Shown: positions 11,550 through 22,100 of the stretch, in pieces | Position numbering within the stretch: the stretch's first letter is position 1 | How the letters are laid out: each line of letters opens with the position of its first letter | Assembly (NCBI GenBank): GCA_032718475.1 | Contig: JAUCBJ010001759.1 | Span: forward strand, 1-51,234 | Direction: 5' to 3' | Source: Nemertoderma westbladi | Lineage: Eukaryota > Animalia > Xenacoelomorpha | Length of the DNA stretch: 51,234 nt | Translations under genes and position numbers: made by a program | The notes under the pieces: model-generated | Seen by the model: the letters and a program-made list of their open reading frames with translations, nothing else | What the model was told of the DNA's origin: nothing | The model's database searches: none

Positions 11550-12125
11550 AGATAATTTGTAGGCTTGACTGTTGTCTAACTGTTGTTAAGTCTGAACGGA
11601 TTGCAGTGTGTGTAGAGCATCTGTCCGATAAAGTGCTAGTTAGGAAAGTAGGGGCTTCAAGTGCTGTGAGGTAAACCCCCTGTGAAAGAATAAGTCATAC
11701 TACTGGGTTAGAACGCATACTAACTAATCATTTCGGAGTCTGCATATACTGTAGTGTATTTGGGCTTGATAGTAGTCTGCCATCATTTGGTCTGTACTTT
11801 GTTTGTGTAGTCTGTACGGGTAGCGTATAATTTTATTTAGATAATTTGTAGGCTGGATAGTTGTCTGGCTGTTGTTGGGTTTGAGGAAATTTCGGTGTGT
11901 GTAGAGCATCTGTCCGATAAAGTGCTAGTTGGGAACGTAGGGGCTTCAAGTGCTGTGAGGTAAACCCCCTGTGAAAGAATAAGTCGTACTACTAGGTTAG
12001 AACGCATACTAACTAATCATTTCGGAGTCTGCATATACCGTGGTTTGTTTAGGCTTGATAGTAGTCTGTCAGTATTTGGTCTGCATTTTGTTTGAATAGT
12101 CTGTACGCGTAGCGTAATATTTATT
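11550..12125 (+). repeat. 289-bp tandem duplication in the leader of element 2
   Basis: AGATAATTTGTAGGC starts at 11550 and 11839. GAGCATCTGTCCGATAAA occurs at 11615 and 11904. Confidence 0.9.
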
Positions 12126-13452
12126 ATTCAGAGTTTATGCTATTATTCGCAACATTCATTCCCCAAGTTTATTCATACAGTAATTGTGTTTGTTATACAT
12201 ACCGTTATAGTTAAACTAACCCCGGTACTACATCAGGGCTGCCCGGCGTAGGTAAAGACTGGAGATTTTATGCTTTGGTCACTCCGGCAGATACCGTGGT
12301 TCTTTTAACTGTTCAAGTATTTTTAACTACTGATTATTTGTTGTACAAGTACTTGTACCTAACTTAGGGTTTAGTGTACAGTGCTTTCCGAAGGTGATTA
12401 GTGTGTAGGCAGTATATTTGTGTTGTAAAGTGGTTAATAGGCACGTTGGTTCTGGTAGACCGCGGTAATTAATCTCTAGGTAGGAACACTCCGTGATACA
12501 TAACGTTGTACCTATAGCGATACGGTTATAGGTCGTCAGGCGGTGGTATTTTCCTATCTGGACAACGCAGTATATTTACTACTACTTATTATTTTCAAAT
12601 ACCGTAGTAACCTGTCCGTTGTAATAACCAGATATTCTAACCCTTTGTTAGGCTGGTTAGTAGACTTCTTGTAAAATTACCCTAAAAATTCGTATTTGTG
12701 TATTTGTAATTAAATTTTTGTGTTTATTTAGAGATTGTAATCTCAACCCGAATTGTACGTAATTTGTAGTATTAAGTAACTTAGGTAAATTAGAATTATT
12801 TGTTTTAGTGTCTAACAAGTAGCACTCCACTGAGAGCGCACAGCTTATGTGTAGTGACTCCCCCAGAAATAATAATATTTATTTCAAACATTGACAAAAC
12901 CCATTTCAACGGGTATATATATTATAAATCAACTCAAACGATTTATAAATAGTAGGCCTGCCATATAACAATTAGGTCTCAATATCAGTTGGACTACTGC
13001 TTAAATAACGGTAATAAAGTAAGTTAAAGTAACCAAGTAACCCTTAAAATTCAGAAATTCAATTATTTAAAATAATTGACATACCGGTATTCACGATAGG
13101 CTTATTATATTTATTTCTATAAATTTAGGCTGAAATCATACCGGTATTCTGTAATTAATTCTAGTCTGTAATTATACTTATATATACCTTATAAGTGTAA
13201 GCTGTATACCGGTATTCACGATAGGCCTATTATATATAAATTTAGGCTGAAATCATACCAGTATTCTGTAATTAATTCTAGTTACTAATAATACTTATAT
13301 ATACTATAAGCATACCGGTATTCTAATATTATATATATATCACGCTACACTCTGACACTGAGTAGCAGTATCGGTAATTAATTACTAGGCTAGCAGTTAA
13401 TGCTGAATTACTAGACTTGCTTAGACTGTAATATAGCAGTAGGCATTCAACT

Positions 13453-15501
13453 GTGCAAACAAACATGTCTGATACTAAGCAGAACCTGTCAGACAGTTTA
13501 TTAGATGTAACTATCTGCGACTCAGATAAGGGTTTAGAACCGTCTACACCTAAGTTCAGTTCACCTGCCACTGTGAGGAAGGTCATCCCTCCAGTAGTAA
13601 TATCAGAACCTAGGCTGGTCCAACATCGTAGGTCTATCATAGGCACTCGAGCTCAGGTCAAGCGGGACCAAGAAGCAGCGGAACAACAACAACCCGCGAG
13701 CCAAGAACTTATTTCTCAGCGGCCTGACAGCTCCAGTAGTGAGGATACTGTAGAGCTGACACCCGAGCGCGGAGCAAAGATGACGGATGCGGTTTATTCG
13801 GATCCCCTTCTCATCCTTCCTGCAGCCGTACTCACTAGGATATTGATCGCGGTGGAAGAACACCAGATCGATTGGGCGAGAAGTCAGCGATCAACTAAAG
13901 ATAGTTATGCGGGATACACAAGGGAAGAACTGAAGTCTATTGTCGAGTCGCAATGGAACTTCCCCGGACCCGGACTCCCGTTTGATTTATCAGAAGCTGC
14001 CTGGGAAGACATACACCGGATGGGAGTAACCAAGGAAACCATCGATCCAGCTGTGTGGAAGAGGTCCGCAGCCGGATACGCACAGGGATTCTTCAGCTCT
14101 ATGGAGCGAGTAAAAGGACAACTGTTTCAACAACCACAAGGACCTCAAGAGCAGGGACAACTGCTTTATCAAGTTAGAGAAAGAATTCTGCGAATCAGAC
14201 TAATCTTATCGGCCTTTGAAGAGGCTTCTAAAAGAAGACAAGACACGTCTTTGCAAGTTGCCGTAAAGACTTGGTTTCAGCGGGTGAGTCTCCAGGTTCA
14301 AGGAACAGCTCAGTGGAAAGCTCAGCTGGAGGAGCGCTCAACCCATGGAGAATCAACAGACGCTACTTTTTCCCAAGTGGAAAGTGAAGCGACGGCAGAG
14401 AAACCGCATAAGAGGGATGCCATTGACATCTATCTGTCAGACTATCAGCGTTTTTTAGGAGATGAAGAGTTGAGGAGAAGGTTAGATGGACTTAGCCCTA
14501 ATAGTGAAGGAGCCCAGCGTGTGTTGGACGCAATTGATGTGGATGGGATAGCTGCGAACCAAGCTAAATTTGATGAAAGTATCCGCATCGCTAAGGTTCA
14601 AGAAGAACAAGTAAAGAAAAAACGTATAGAAGATAGAAAGACAGCGGCAGTGGCAGCAGCAGTGGCAGAGGCAGAAGCGGAAAGAAAAGCGGCAGCAGCA
14701 GTGGCAGCGGCAGAAGCGGAAAGAAAAGCGGCAGTGGCAGTGGCAGTAGCAGAGGCCGAAGCGGAAAGGAAAGCGGCATCGGCAGTGGCAGAGGCCGAAG
14801 CGGAAAGAAAAGCGGCACTGGCAACAGCAGAGGCAGTGGCAGAAGCAGAACGGAGGGCATCTGAAGAGGCAACCCAACTAGAGTTGGAAAATCTTCAAGA
14901 GAGGCAAGACAACTTCAATAAACAGTTAACAGCTAGTAATATGCAGATGATGAGTCGATCTACTCCCAAAAGACAGGGGTATACATCATCTGAGGAAGGC
15001 GATACTACCGATCCTGAAGGCGGAGGAAATCGATCTCGCCTAAGAAGACGTAAAAGAATGTCCCACCATCAGAAATTGCCTGAATTGCCTCCAGCTGTTA
15101 GAAGGCAACTAAATAACACCAACTTAGGTAGTACAGAACCCACAGACCAAATAATTACAATAGAAAGACTCCCTACTATAGTAGATGAGCCTGAAATAAT
15201 TAGGCCTGTTCTTGAAATCACCCCTTCGGTGATAGAGACACCTGTGCTCCCTGAACCTACCTCTAAATTCCCTCTGCACAGCACTAAGCTACCTGTGCCC
15301 AGTAGAACAGCCCATGAGACAGTTCAGGTCCTGGACTCCGAGCGAAATATTCATGATTTGTCGCCCGTTGTCCCTCGTCCGCCCGCTACAACGTTGGCGA
15401 ATCCCGCTTCGGCGGTCGAATGGGTGGATGAGAGACGACGGGGATGGATCTCCTGCTCGGACAGATGCAGGAGACCGTTCAGCAATTCAAGGGCACAGTA
15501 A
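13453..15501 (+). CDS. Element 2 gag N-terminal region (coiled coil with AEAERKAA repeats)
   Basis: 682-aa ORF (first ATG at 13465). It is probably joined to the next ORF but for a frameshift near 15430. Confidence 0.7.
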   Translation: MQTNMSDTKQNLSDSLLDVTICDSDKGLEPSTPKFSSPATVRKVIPPVVISEPRLVQHRRSIIGTRAQVKRDQEAAEQQQPASQELISQRPDSSSSEDTVELTPERGAKMTDAVYSDPLLILPAAVLTRILIAVEEHQIDWARSQRSTKDSYAGYTREELKSIVESQWNFPGPGLPFDLSEAAWEDIHRMGVTKETIDPAVWKRSAAGYAQGFFSSMERVKGQLFQQPQGPQEQGQLLYQVRERILRIRLILSAFEEASKRRQDTSLQVAVKTWFQRVSLQVQGTAQWKAQLEERSTHGESTDATFSQVESEATAEKPHKRDAIDIYLSDYQRFLGDEELRRRLDGLSPNSEGAQRVLDAIDVDGIAANQAKFDESIRIAKVQEEQVKKKRIEDRKTAAVAAAVAEAEAERKAAAAVAAAEAERKAAVAVAVAEAEAERKAASAVAEAEAERKAALATAEAVAEAERRASEEATQLELENLQERQDNFNKQLTASNMQMMSRSTPKRQGYTSSEEGDTTDPEGGGNRSRLRRRKRMSHHQKLPELPPAVRRQLNNTNLGSTEPTDQIITIERLPTIVDEPEIIRPVLEITPSVIETPVLPEPTSKFPLHSTKLPVPSRTAHETVQVLDSERNIHDLSPVVPRPPATTLANPASAVEWVDERRRGWISCSDRCRRPFSNSRAQ

Positions 15502-18137
15502 GGGAAAGTAGGTTAGAGTTGCAAGAAGTGCAGCAAAGTATTGCGCTAGAACGCGATAAATTAGTAAATACACAAAGGGGTATACCACCACCCCCTGTAA
15601 CAATGTGTCAACCTGTTAGGTCTGAAGTATCTCATGCGCAAGGTGTGGAGCCTACACGCATATATACTGGTAGCGAAGTAGAAACTCCTATAGTGAACCC
15701 TATTAAGGGTAATTATAGACCTGTTGATAATGATATTCCCTATAGACCGGATCATAATCCGAGAAATTTATATACCGATAACTCGATATTAAATAACACG
15801 ATGGCCCAAGAAAGTTTTACGCATCAAATGGCTAGAACCGAAGCCCGGCAAGCGGTAAAGGTGGGAGAGATAGTCAAGTTCAATGGAGATGAGATGAAAT
15901 GGTTACCTTTTAATGAATATTATAAAGATAACATACAGAACTCTGTACTTTCTAATGGAGAGAAACTTAGATTCCTCATCGAGTGCTTGGAAGGATCTCC
16001 CAAGTTAATGGCGTTAAAGTTTATTGGACATCCAGACGGATTAAGACAAGTTTGGGATACACTAAACATCAGGTATGGTAATAGGAATAACATAGCTAAA
16101 TATTTGTATGCAAAATTAATGGCGCCCCGAAAGTTTCTTAGCAGCGGGATTATAGAGTTTTCCGATGAGATTCAGGAGATCTGTAGACAATTAGATTGGC
16201 TAGGTAAGTCTCATGAATACCAGAATTCTATGGTTGTAGGAGCCTTAGCATCTACTTTGCCCAAGGGTGGAGTAGGTACACGCTGGGACAAGAAAGTGTT
16301 ATATATGATGGAACAACAACGACGAGACCCTACCATGGCTGATCTCATGTCATTCTTAGATGGGGAAGAGAAATTACAGCTCCTAAGGCAGTCCAGAGAG
16401 AAGACACCGGAAAACAAGGTAAGTGAGAAACCCGTTTCTAGGAGAAGGGTAATACCAGTTTGTTATACAGACGACGGCGAAAGCCAGGCTTCTCAAGAGG
16501 AAGACAGCGGAAAAGACACTGAAAGATCTTACTATGACAATAAAATCCTAAAGGACGTAAGTAAATTCAAGTCTCGAACCAATGACAGGAGAGAACAGGT
16601 AAGAAAAACTCCTCCTACGTCTCCTAAGAGAATTCATGTAAGAAATCCCGAGGAAAGAACGAACGTGCACCACACAGCACATGTTAAAGTAAGTAACATC
16701 AAGCCCAAATGTGTGCTGTGCGACGGGCCCCACCGTTTAAATGCGTGTGATGAATTCCTGAGGAAATCACTAAAGGATAGACGTGAAGTCATGTGGGATA
16801 AGCGGTTGTGTTATAATTGCCTCAGACGAGGACACCAACGGCGAACCTGTTACTCCGACGCAAGGTGTGCAAAGTGCGGTGCGAAACATCATATCTTGTT
16901 GCACACTGAATTCGAGCGAAATAGTCCGAGTCAGGTGAGTGATTCCGAACTACATGTCCAATTCAGTGATGTGAACGACACTGATCAATCTGAGATGGAA
17001 GGATTCTATACGGACGAGTTCTCCGACGAAAACGAATCCTGTTACATGATAAATACCGCAGTGTATCGAGCACTCACTTATGAAAAAGATACAGAAAGTG
17101 ACCTCACTCTAACTACTTCTGATCGACAACCATCTTGGAAAGCGCCAACTTCCAATGTAGGGATTAGAGAATTTCCTGTGGTACAGATAAGGGTCCACGG
17201 ACCAAAAAGGAGTTATGTAGTGAACGCCCTCCTTGACTCCGGTAGTACAGGAACATTCATCGACAAAGAGCTAGCCGAAGACATATTTGCTGGACAACCC
17301 AAGTTCCGAACTAAGCTAAACATGTCAGGAATTATGCAGGTTTGGAAATCTACAGTAACAGCGGATTATTATGTAGGTGCGTTGTCCACCCCCCAGGACG
17401 AACTAGGAGAACATAGCATAAGGTCAGTGAAAATGGTGGCAATAAAGAACTTCGCTACCACCCAAGTGGAACCTTATAACTGGGATGAGGACGATTTCAC
17501 CCAGCAGTTTGAAATACCTAGATTCAACACCGATTACCCTGGAGTCCAAATACTCATCGGTCAAAATGCGCATGAAGCGCTCGAGACATTGGAGAAACGG
17601 CCTGCTCAACCGCAACCTCTACAAGTTTATGCGGGAAGAACTAGAGTAGGTTGGTACTTTACTGGCCCTTCTCGTAGAACTCTTATGGAAAGATTACCAA
17701 AAGAACAGGTATATCAATTAAGTGAACGGGAAGTGGAGAGCAGTGAAGTTGACGACCCAACTGAGGGAACACCATACTCCTCAGATAATGACGACATCAA
17801 CTCCAATGAAGATCAATGGAGACATTGCCCCGAGACGATCAATCTAGCCGACATCGCTTCCAGAGGAGCAACTCCTCAAGAACTTACAGATACTCCAAAC
17901 CGGTTAGGTGGACCCGACTTCCTAAGTAAAGAAGATGAATGGCCTCCTCAGCTTACCCCGGTGAAGATTAGACAGGCCAAGGGAGCGGAGAAAGTAACAC
18001 AACCACTCAATCGCACAGCTGGTCGTTTATGTTTACCGGAAAGAGACCGAAAACTGTCCGGAAACTATGGAAGGCAAGATACTCTTCCCACGACCACCTC
18101 CCTAATCCAACAAATATCTAGGGACTCCATAACGTAA
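15444..18137 (+). CDS. Element 2 gag core, zinc knuckles and aspartic protease fused to an RNase H C-terminal remnant
   Basis: KFNGDEMKWLPF...KLRFL...VWDTLNIRYG; CVLCDGPHRLNAC, CYNCLRRGHQRRTC, CAKCGAKHHILLH; ALLDSGSTGTFID; WRHCPETINLADIASRG...GPDFL...WP. No YxDD RT motif or integrase core. Confidence 0.88.
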   Translation: MDLLLGQMQETVQQFKGTVRESRLELQEVQQSIALERDKLVNTQRGIPPPPVTMCQPVRSEVSHAQGVEPTRIYTGSEVETPIVNPIKGNYRPVDNDIPYRPDHNPRNLYTDNSILNNTMAQESFTHQMARTEARQAVKVGEIVKFNGDEMKWLPFNEYYKDNIQNSVLSNGEKLRFLIECLEGSPKLMALKFIGHPDGLRQVWDTLNIRYGNRNNIAKYLYAKLMAPRKFLSSGIIEFSDEIQEICRQLDWLGKSHEYQNSMVVGALASTLPKGGVGTRWDKKVLYMMEQQRRDPTMADLMSFLDGEEKLQLLRQSREKTPENKVSEKPVSRRRVIPVCYTDDGESQASQEEDSGKDTERSYYDNKILKDVSKFKSRTNDRREQVRKTPPTSPKRIHVRNPEERTNVHHTAHVKVSNIKPKCVLCDGPHRLNACDEFLRKSLKDRREVMWDKRLCYNCLRRGHQRRTCYSDARCAKCGAKHHILLHTEFERNSPSQVSDSELHVQFSDVNDTDQSEMEGFYTDEFSDENESCYMINTAVYRALTYEKDTESDLTLTTSDRQPSWKAPTSNVGIREFPVVQIRVHGPKRSYVVNALLDSGSTGTFIDKELAEDIFAGQPKFRTKLNMSGIMQVWKSTVTADYYVGALSTPQDELGEHSIRSVKMVAIKNFATTQVEPYNWDEDDFTQQFEIPRFNTDYPGVQILIGQNAHEALETLEKRPAQPQPLQVYAGRTRVGWYFTGPSRRTLMERLPKEQVYQLSEREVESSEVDDPTEGTPYSSDNDDINSNEDQWRHCPETINLADIASRGATPQELTDTPNRLGGPDFLSKEDEWPPQLTPVKIRQAKGAEKVTQPLNRTAGRLCLPERDRKLSGNYGRQDTLPTTTSLIQQISRDSIT

Positions 18138-19185
18138 CAACATACGGAGTGGGTGTGTGACTATATTATTTTATATTTATTTTTATTATTTTATATTATG
18201 TATGTATTATTATGTAATTTTATTATAATCGTTTTCTTTAATTTTATTTAGTAGAATGTTATTTAGTGATTATTTAGTAGATCAGTGCAATATATTAGTG
18301 TTTATTACTTAATTACTTATATATTATATTTAGTGCGACGGCGAGAAATAATTCTTTTTCTCCTTCCTTACTGTCCGTATTACATTACAAATACGTAACT
18401 ACAGTAAGATGACATATCCGTACTTATTAAAGTACAATAAAGCCACTACTATATTCAAGTATTATTGGTAGGCAGAGTATTAGGAATGCAAAGTTCAGAT
18501 CCTCGTGTCTCGGCTAAACCAAGCTCTGGGTAGACCTTGGAAACGACTTGCCTCTTCTCACTGATATTGCTTCTTGCAATATTGCTCTCATACCGTATAT
18601 TAAATAATACATATAGTAGCGTGATGTCCTTTTAACAGTAGCGTATAACGCAAAATAAATCTGTTAAACCCTTTGACCATCTGTAATTCTAGTCGATTAA
18701 GATATCGCGGCACCCACCGATACACTTGAAAGACAAAATTCTAGAATCAGTGGTTAACGTCCCCAGACAAGTTCTGGAATAAACTGGTGCCCATCTTAAA
18801 TATTAATTATTAATATTTACAAAAATCTGTCAAATATCAGATCCTTTAAAATTCTAGTCGATTAAGATATCGTAGCACTTACCGATACTCTTAAAAGGAC
18901 AAAATTCCTAGAATCAAGGATCCAAGTCCCCAGACACGTTCTGGAATAAAATTGTGTCTATTTAACATTAAATAATAAAATTTAAGGGAATAAATTTAAA
19001 TTCAGATATTTCAATGAATTTAATAAATTGTCATTTTATACAATTTATAACATTCCCAAAATTCCATTAATTAATAGATCACGGGAGCGGAGATTCACTC
19101 TATTAAGTGTATTTGTATGCGAGAATCTCCAATGTATAGTCAATAGCCGATAAAATTCATAGAATCATGTATAAAGGGGATATTG

Positions 19186-22100
19186 ACCATCGGTTTCTCC
19201 CTCTGGGTTCTACCATCGGTTTCTCCCTCTGGGTTCTACCATCGGTTTCTCCCTCTGGGTTCTACCATCGGTTTCTCCCTCTGGGTTCTACCATCGGTTT
19301 CTCCCTTTGGGTTCTACCATCGGTTTCTCCCTCTGGGTTCTACCATCGGTTTCTCCCTCTGGGTTCTACCATCGGTTTCTCCCTCTGGGTTCTACCATCG
19401 GTTTCTCCCTCTGGGTTCTACCATCGGTTTCTCCCTCTGGGTTCTGCCATCGGTTTCTCCCTCTGGGTTCTACCATCGGTTTCTCCCTCTGGGTTCTACC
19501 ATCGGTTTCTCCCTCTGGGTTCTACCATCGGTTTCTCCCTCTGGGTTCTACCATCTGTTTCTCCCTCTGGGTTCCACCATTGGTTTCTCCCTCTGGGTTC
19601 TGCCATCGGTTTCTCCCTCTGGGTTCTACCATCGGTTTCTCCCTCTGGGTTCTACCATCGGTTTCTCCCTCTGGGTTCTACCATCGGTTTCTCCCTCTGG
19701 GTTCTACCATCGGTTTCTCCCTCTGGGTTCTACCATCGGTTTCTCCCTCTGGGTTCTACCATCGGTTTCTCCCTCTGGGTTCTACCATCGGTTTCTCCCT
19801 CTGGGTTCTACCATCGGTTTCTCCCTCTGGGTTCTACCATCGGTTTCTCCCTCTGGGTTCTACCATCGGTTTCTCCCTCTGGGTTCTACCATCGGTTTCT
19901 CCCTCTGGGTTCTGCCATCGGTTTCTCCCTCTGGGTTCTACCATCGGTTTCTCCCTCTGGGTTCTACCATCGGTTTCTCCCTCTGGGTTCTACCATCGGT
20001 TTCTCCCTCTGGGTTCTACCATCGGTTTCTCCCTCTGGGTTCTACCATCGGTTTCTCCCTCTGGGTTCTACCATCGGTTTCTCCCTCTGGGTTCTACCAT
20101 CGGTTTCTCCCTCTGGGTTCTACCATCGGTTTCTCCCTCTGGGTTCTACCATCGGTTTCTCCCTCTGGGTTCTACCATCGGTTTCTCCCTCTGGGTTCTA
20201 CCATCGGTTTCTCCCTCTGGGTTCTACCATCGGTTTCTCCCTCTGGGTTCTACCATCGGTTTCTCCCTCTGGGTTCTACCATCGGTTTCTCCCTTTGGGT
20301 TCTACCATCGGTTTCTCCCTTTGGGTTCTACCATCGGTTTCTCCCTCTGGGTTCTACCATCGGTTTCTCCCTCTGGGTTCTACCATCGGTTTCTCCCTCT
20401 GGGTTCTACCATCGGTTTCTCCCTCTGGGTTCTACCATCGGTTTCTCCCTCTGGGTTCTACCATCGGTTTCTCCCTCTGGGTTCTACCATCGGTTTCTCC
20501 CTCTGGGTTCTACCATTGGTTTCTCCCTCTGGGTTCTACCATCGGTTTCTCCCGCTGGGTTCTACCATCGGTTTCTCCCTCTGGGTTCTACCATCGGTTT
20601 CTCCCTCTGGGTTCTACCATCGGTTTCTCCCTTTGGGTTCTACCATCGGTTTCTCCCTTTGGGTTCTACCATCGGTTTCTCCCTCTGGGTTCTACCATCG
20701 GTTTCTCCCTCTGGGTTCTACCATCGGTTTCTCCCTCTGGGTTCTACCATCGGTTTCTCCCTCTGGGTTCTACCATCGGTTTCTTCCTCTGGGTTCTACC
20801 ATCGGTTTCTCCCTCTGGGTTCTACCATCTGTTTCTCCCTCTGGGTTCCACCATTGGTTTCTCCCTCTGGGTTCTGCCATCGGTTTCTCCCTCTGGGTTC
20901 TACCATCGGTTTCTCCCTCTGGGTTCTACCATCGGTTTCTCCCTTTGGGTTCTACCATCGGTTTCTCCCTCTGGGTTCCACCATTGGTTTCTCCCTCTGG
21001 GTTCTGCCATCGGTTTCTCCCTCTGGGTTCTCCACCCATCGGTTTCTCCCTCTGGGTTCTACCATCGGTTTCTCCCTCTGGGTTCTACCATCGGTTTCTC
21101 CCTCTGGGTTCTGCCATCGGTTTCTCCCTCTGGGTTCTACCATCGGTTTCTCCCTCTGGGTTCTACCATCGGTTTCTCCCTCTGGGTTCTACCATCGGTT
21201 TCTCCCTCTGGGTTCTACCATCGGTTTCTCCCTCTGGGTTCTACCATCGGTTTCTCCCTCTGGGTTCTACCATCGGTTTCTCCCTCTGGGTTCTACCATC
21301 GGTTTCTCCCTCTGGGTTCTACCATCGGTTTCTCCCTCTGGGTTCTACCATCGGTTTCTCCCTCTGGGTTCTACCATCGGTTTCTCCCTCTGGGTTCTAC
21401 CATCGGTTTCTCCCTCTGGGTTCTACCATCGGTTTCTCCCTCTGGGTTCTACCATCGGTTTCTCCCTCTGGGTTCTACCATCGGTTTCTCCCTCTGGGTT
21501 CTACCATCGGTTTCTCCCTCTGGGTTCTACCATCGGTTTCTCCCTCTGGGTTCTACCATCGGTTTCTCCCTCTGGGTTCTACCATCGGTTTCTCCCTCTG
21601 GGTTCTGCCATCGGTTTCTCCCTCTGGGTTCTACCATCGGTTTCTCCCTCTGGGTTCTACCATCGGTTTCTCCCTCTGGGTTCTACCATCGGTTTCTCCC
21701 TCTGGGTTCTACCATCGGTTTCTCCCTCTGGGTTCTACCATCGGTTTCTCCCTCTGGGTTCTACCATCGGTTTCTCCCTCTGGGTTCTACCATCGGTTTC
21801 TCCCTCTGGGTTCTACCATCGGTTTCTCCCTCTGGGTTCTACCATCGGTTTCTCCCTCTGGGTTCTACCATTGGTTTCTCCCTCTGGGTTCTACCATCGG
21901 TTTCTCCCGCTGGGTTCTACCATCGGTTTCTCCCTCTGGGTTCTACCATCGGTTTCTCCCTCTGGGTTCTACCATCGGTTTCTCCCTTTGGGTTCTACCA
22001 TCGGTTTCTCCCTTTGGGTTCTACCATCGGTTTCTCCCTCTGGGTTCTACCATCGGTTTCTCCCTTTGGGTTCTACCATCGGTTTCTCCCTCTGGGTTCT

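Larger units (their letters stand above)
10116..19185 (+). mobile_element. Non-autonomous BEL/Pao-derived LTR element (element 2) inserted in the 26-bp satellite, 3' LTR absent
   Basis: Starts TGTAAAAGC at the satellite break. Candidate 5' LTR ends are TTACA at 10730 or TTTACA at 10980. It has a long leader, gag-protease ORFs and a PPT-like AAAGGGGA at 19173-19180, followed by TAT-TG and then satellite. Confidence 0.85.

Noticed and set aside
15429-15501. Programmed -1 frameshift between element 2 ORFs
   Set aside because: No clear X XXY YYZ slippery heptamer lies in the shared open window, the break falls within gag, and dinucleotide slippage explains it more simply.
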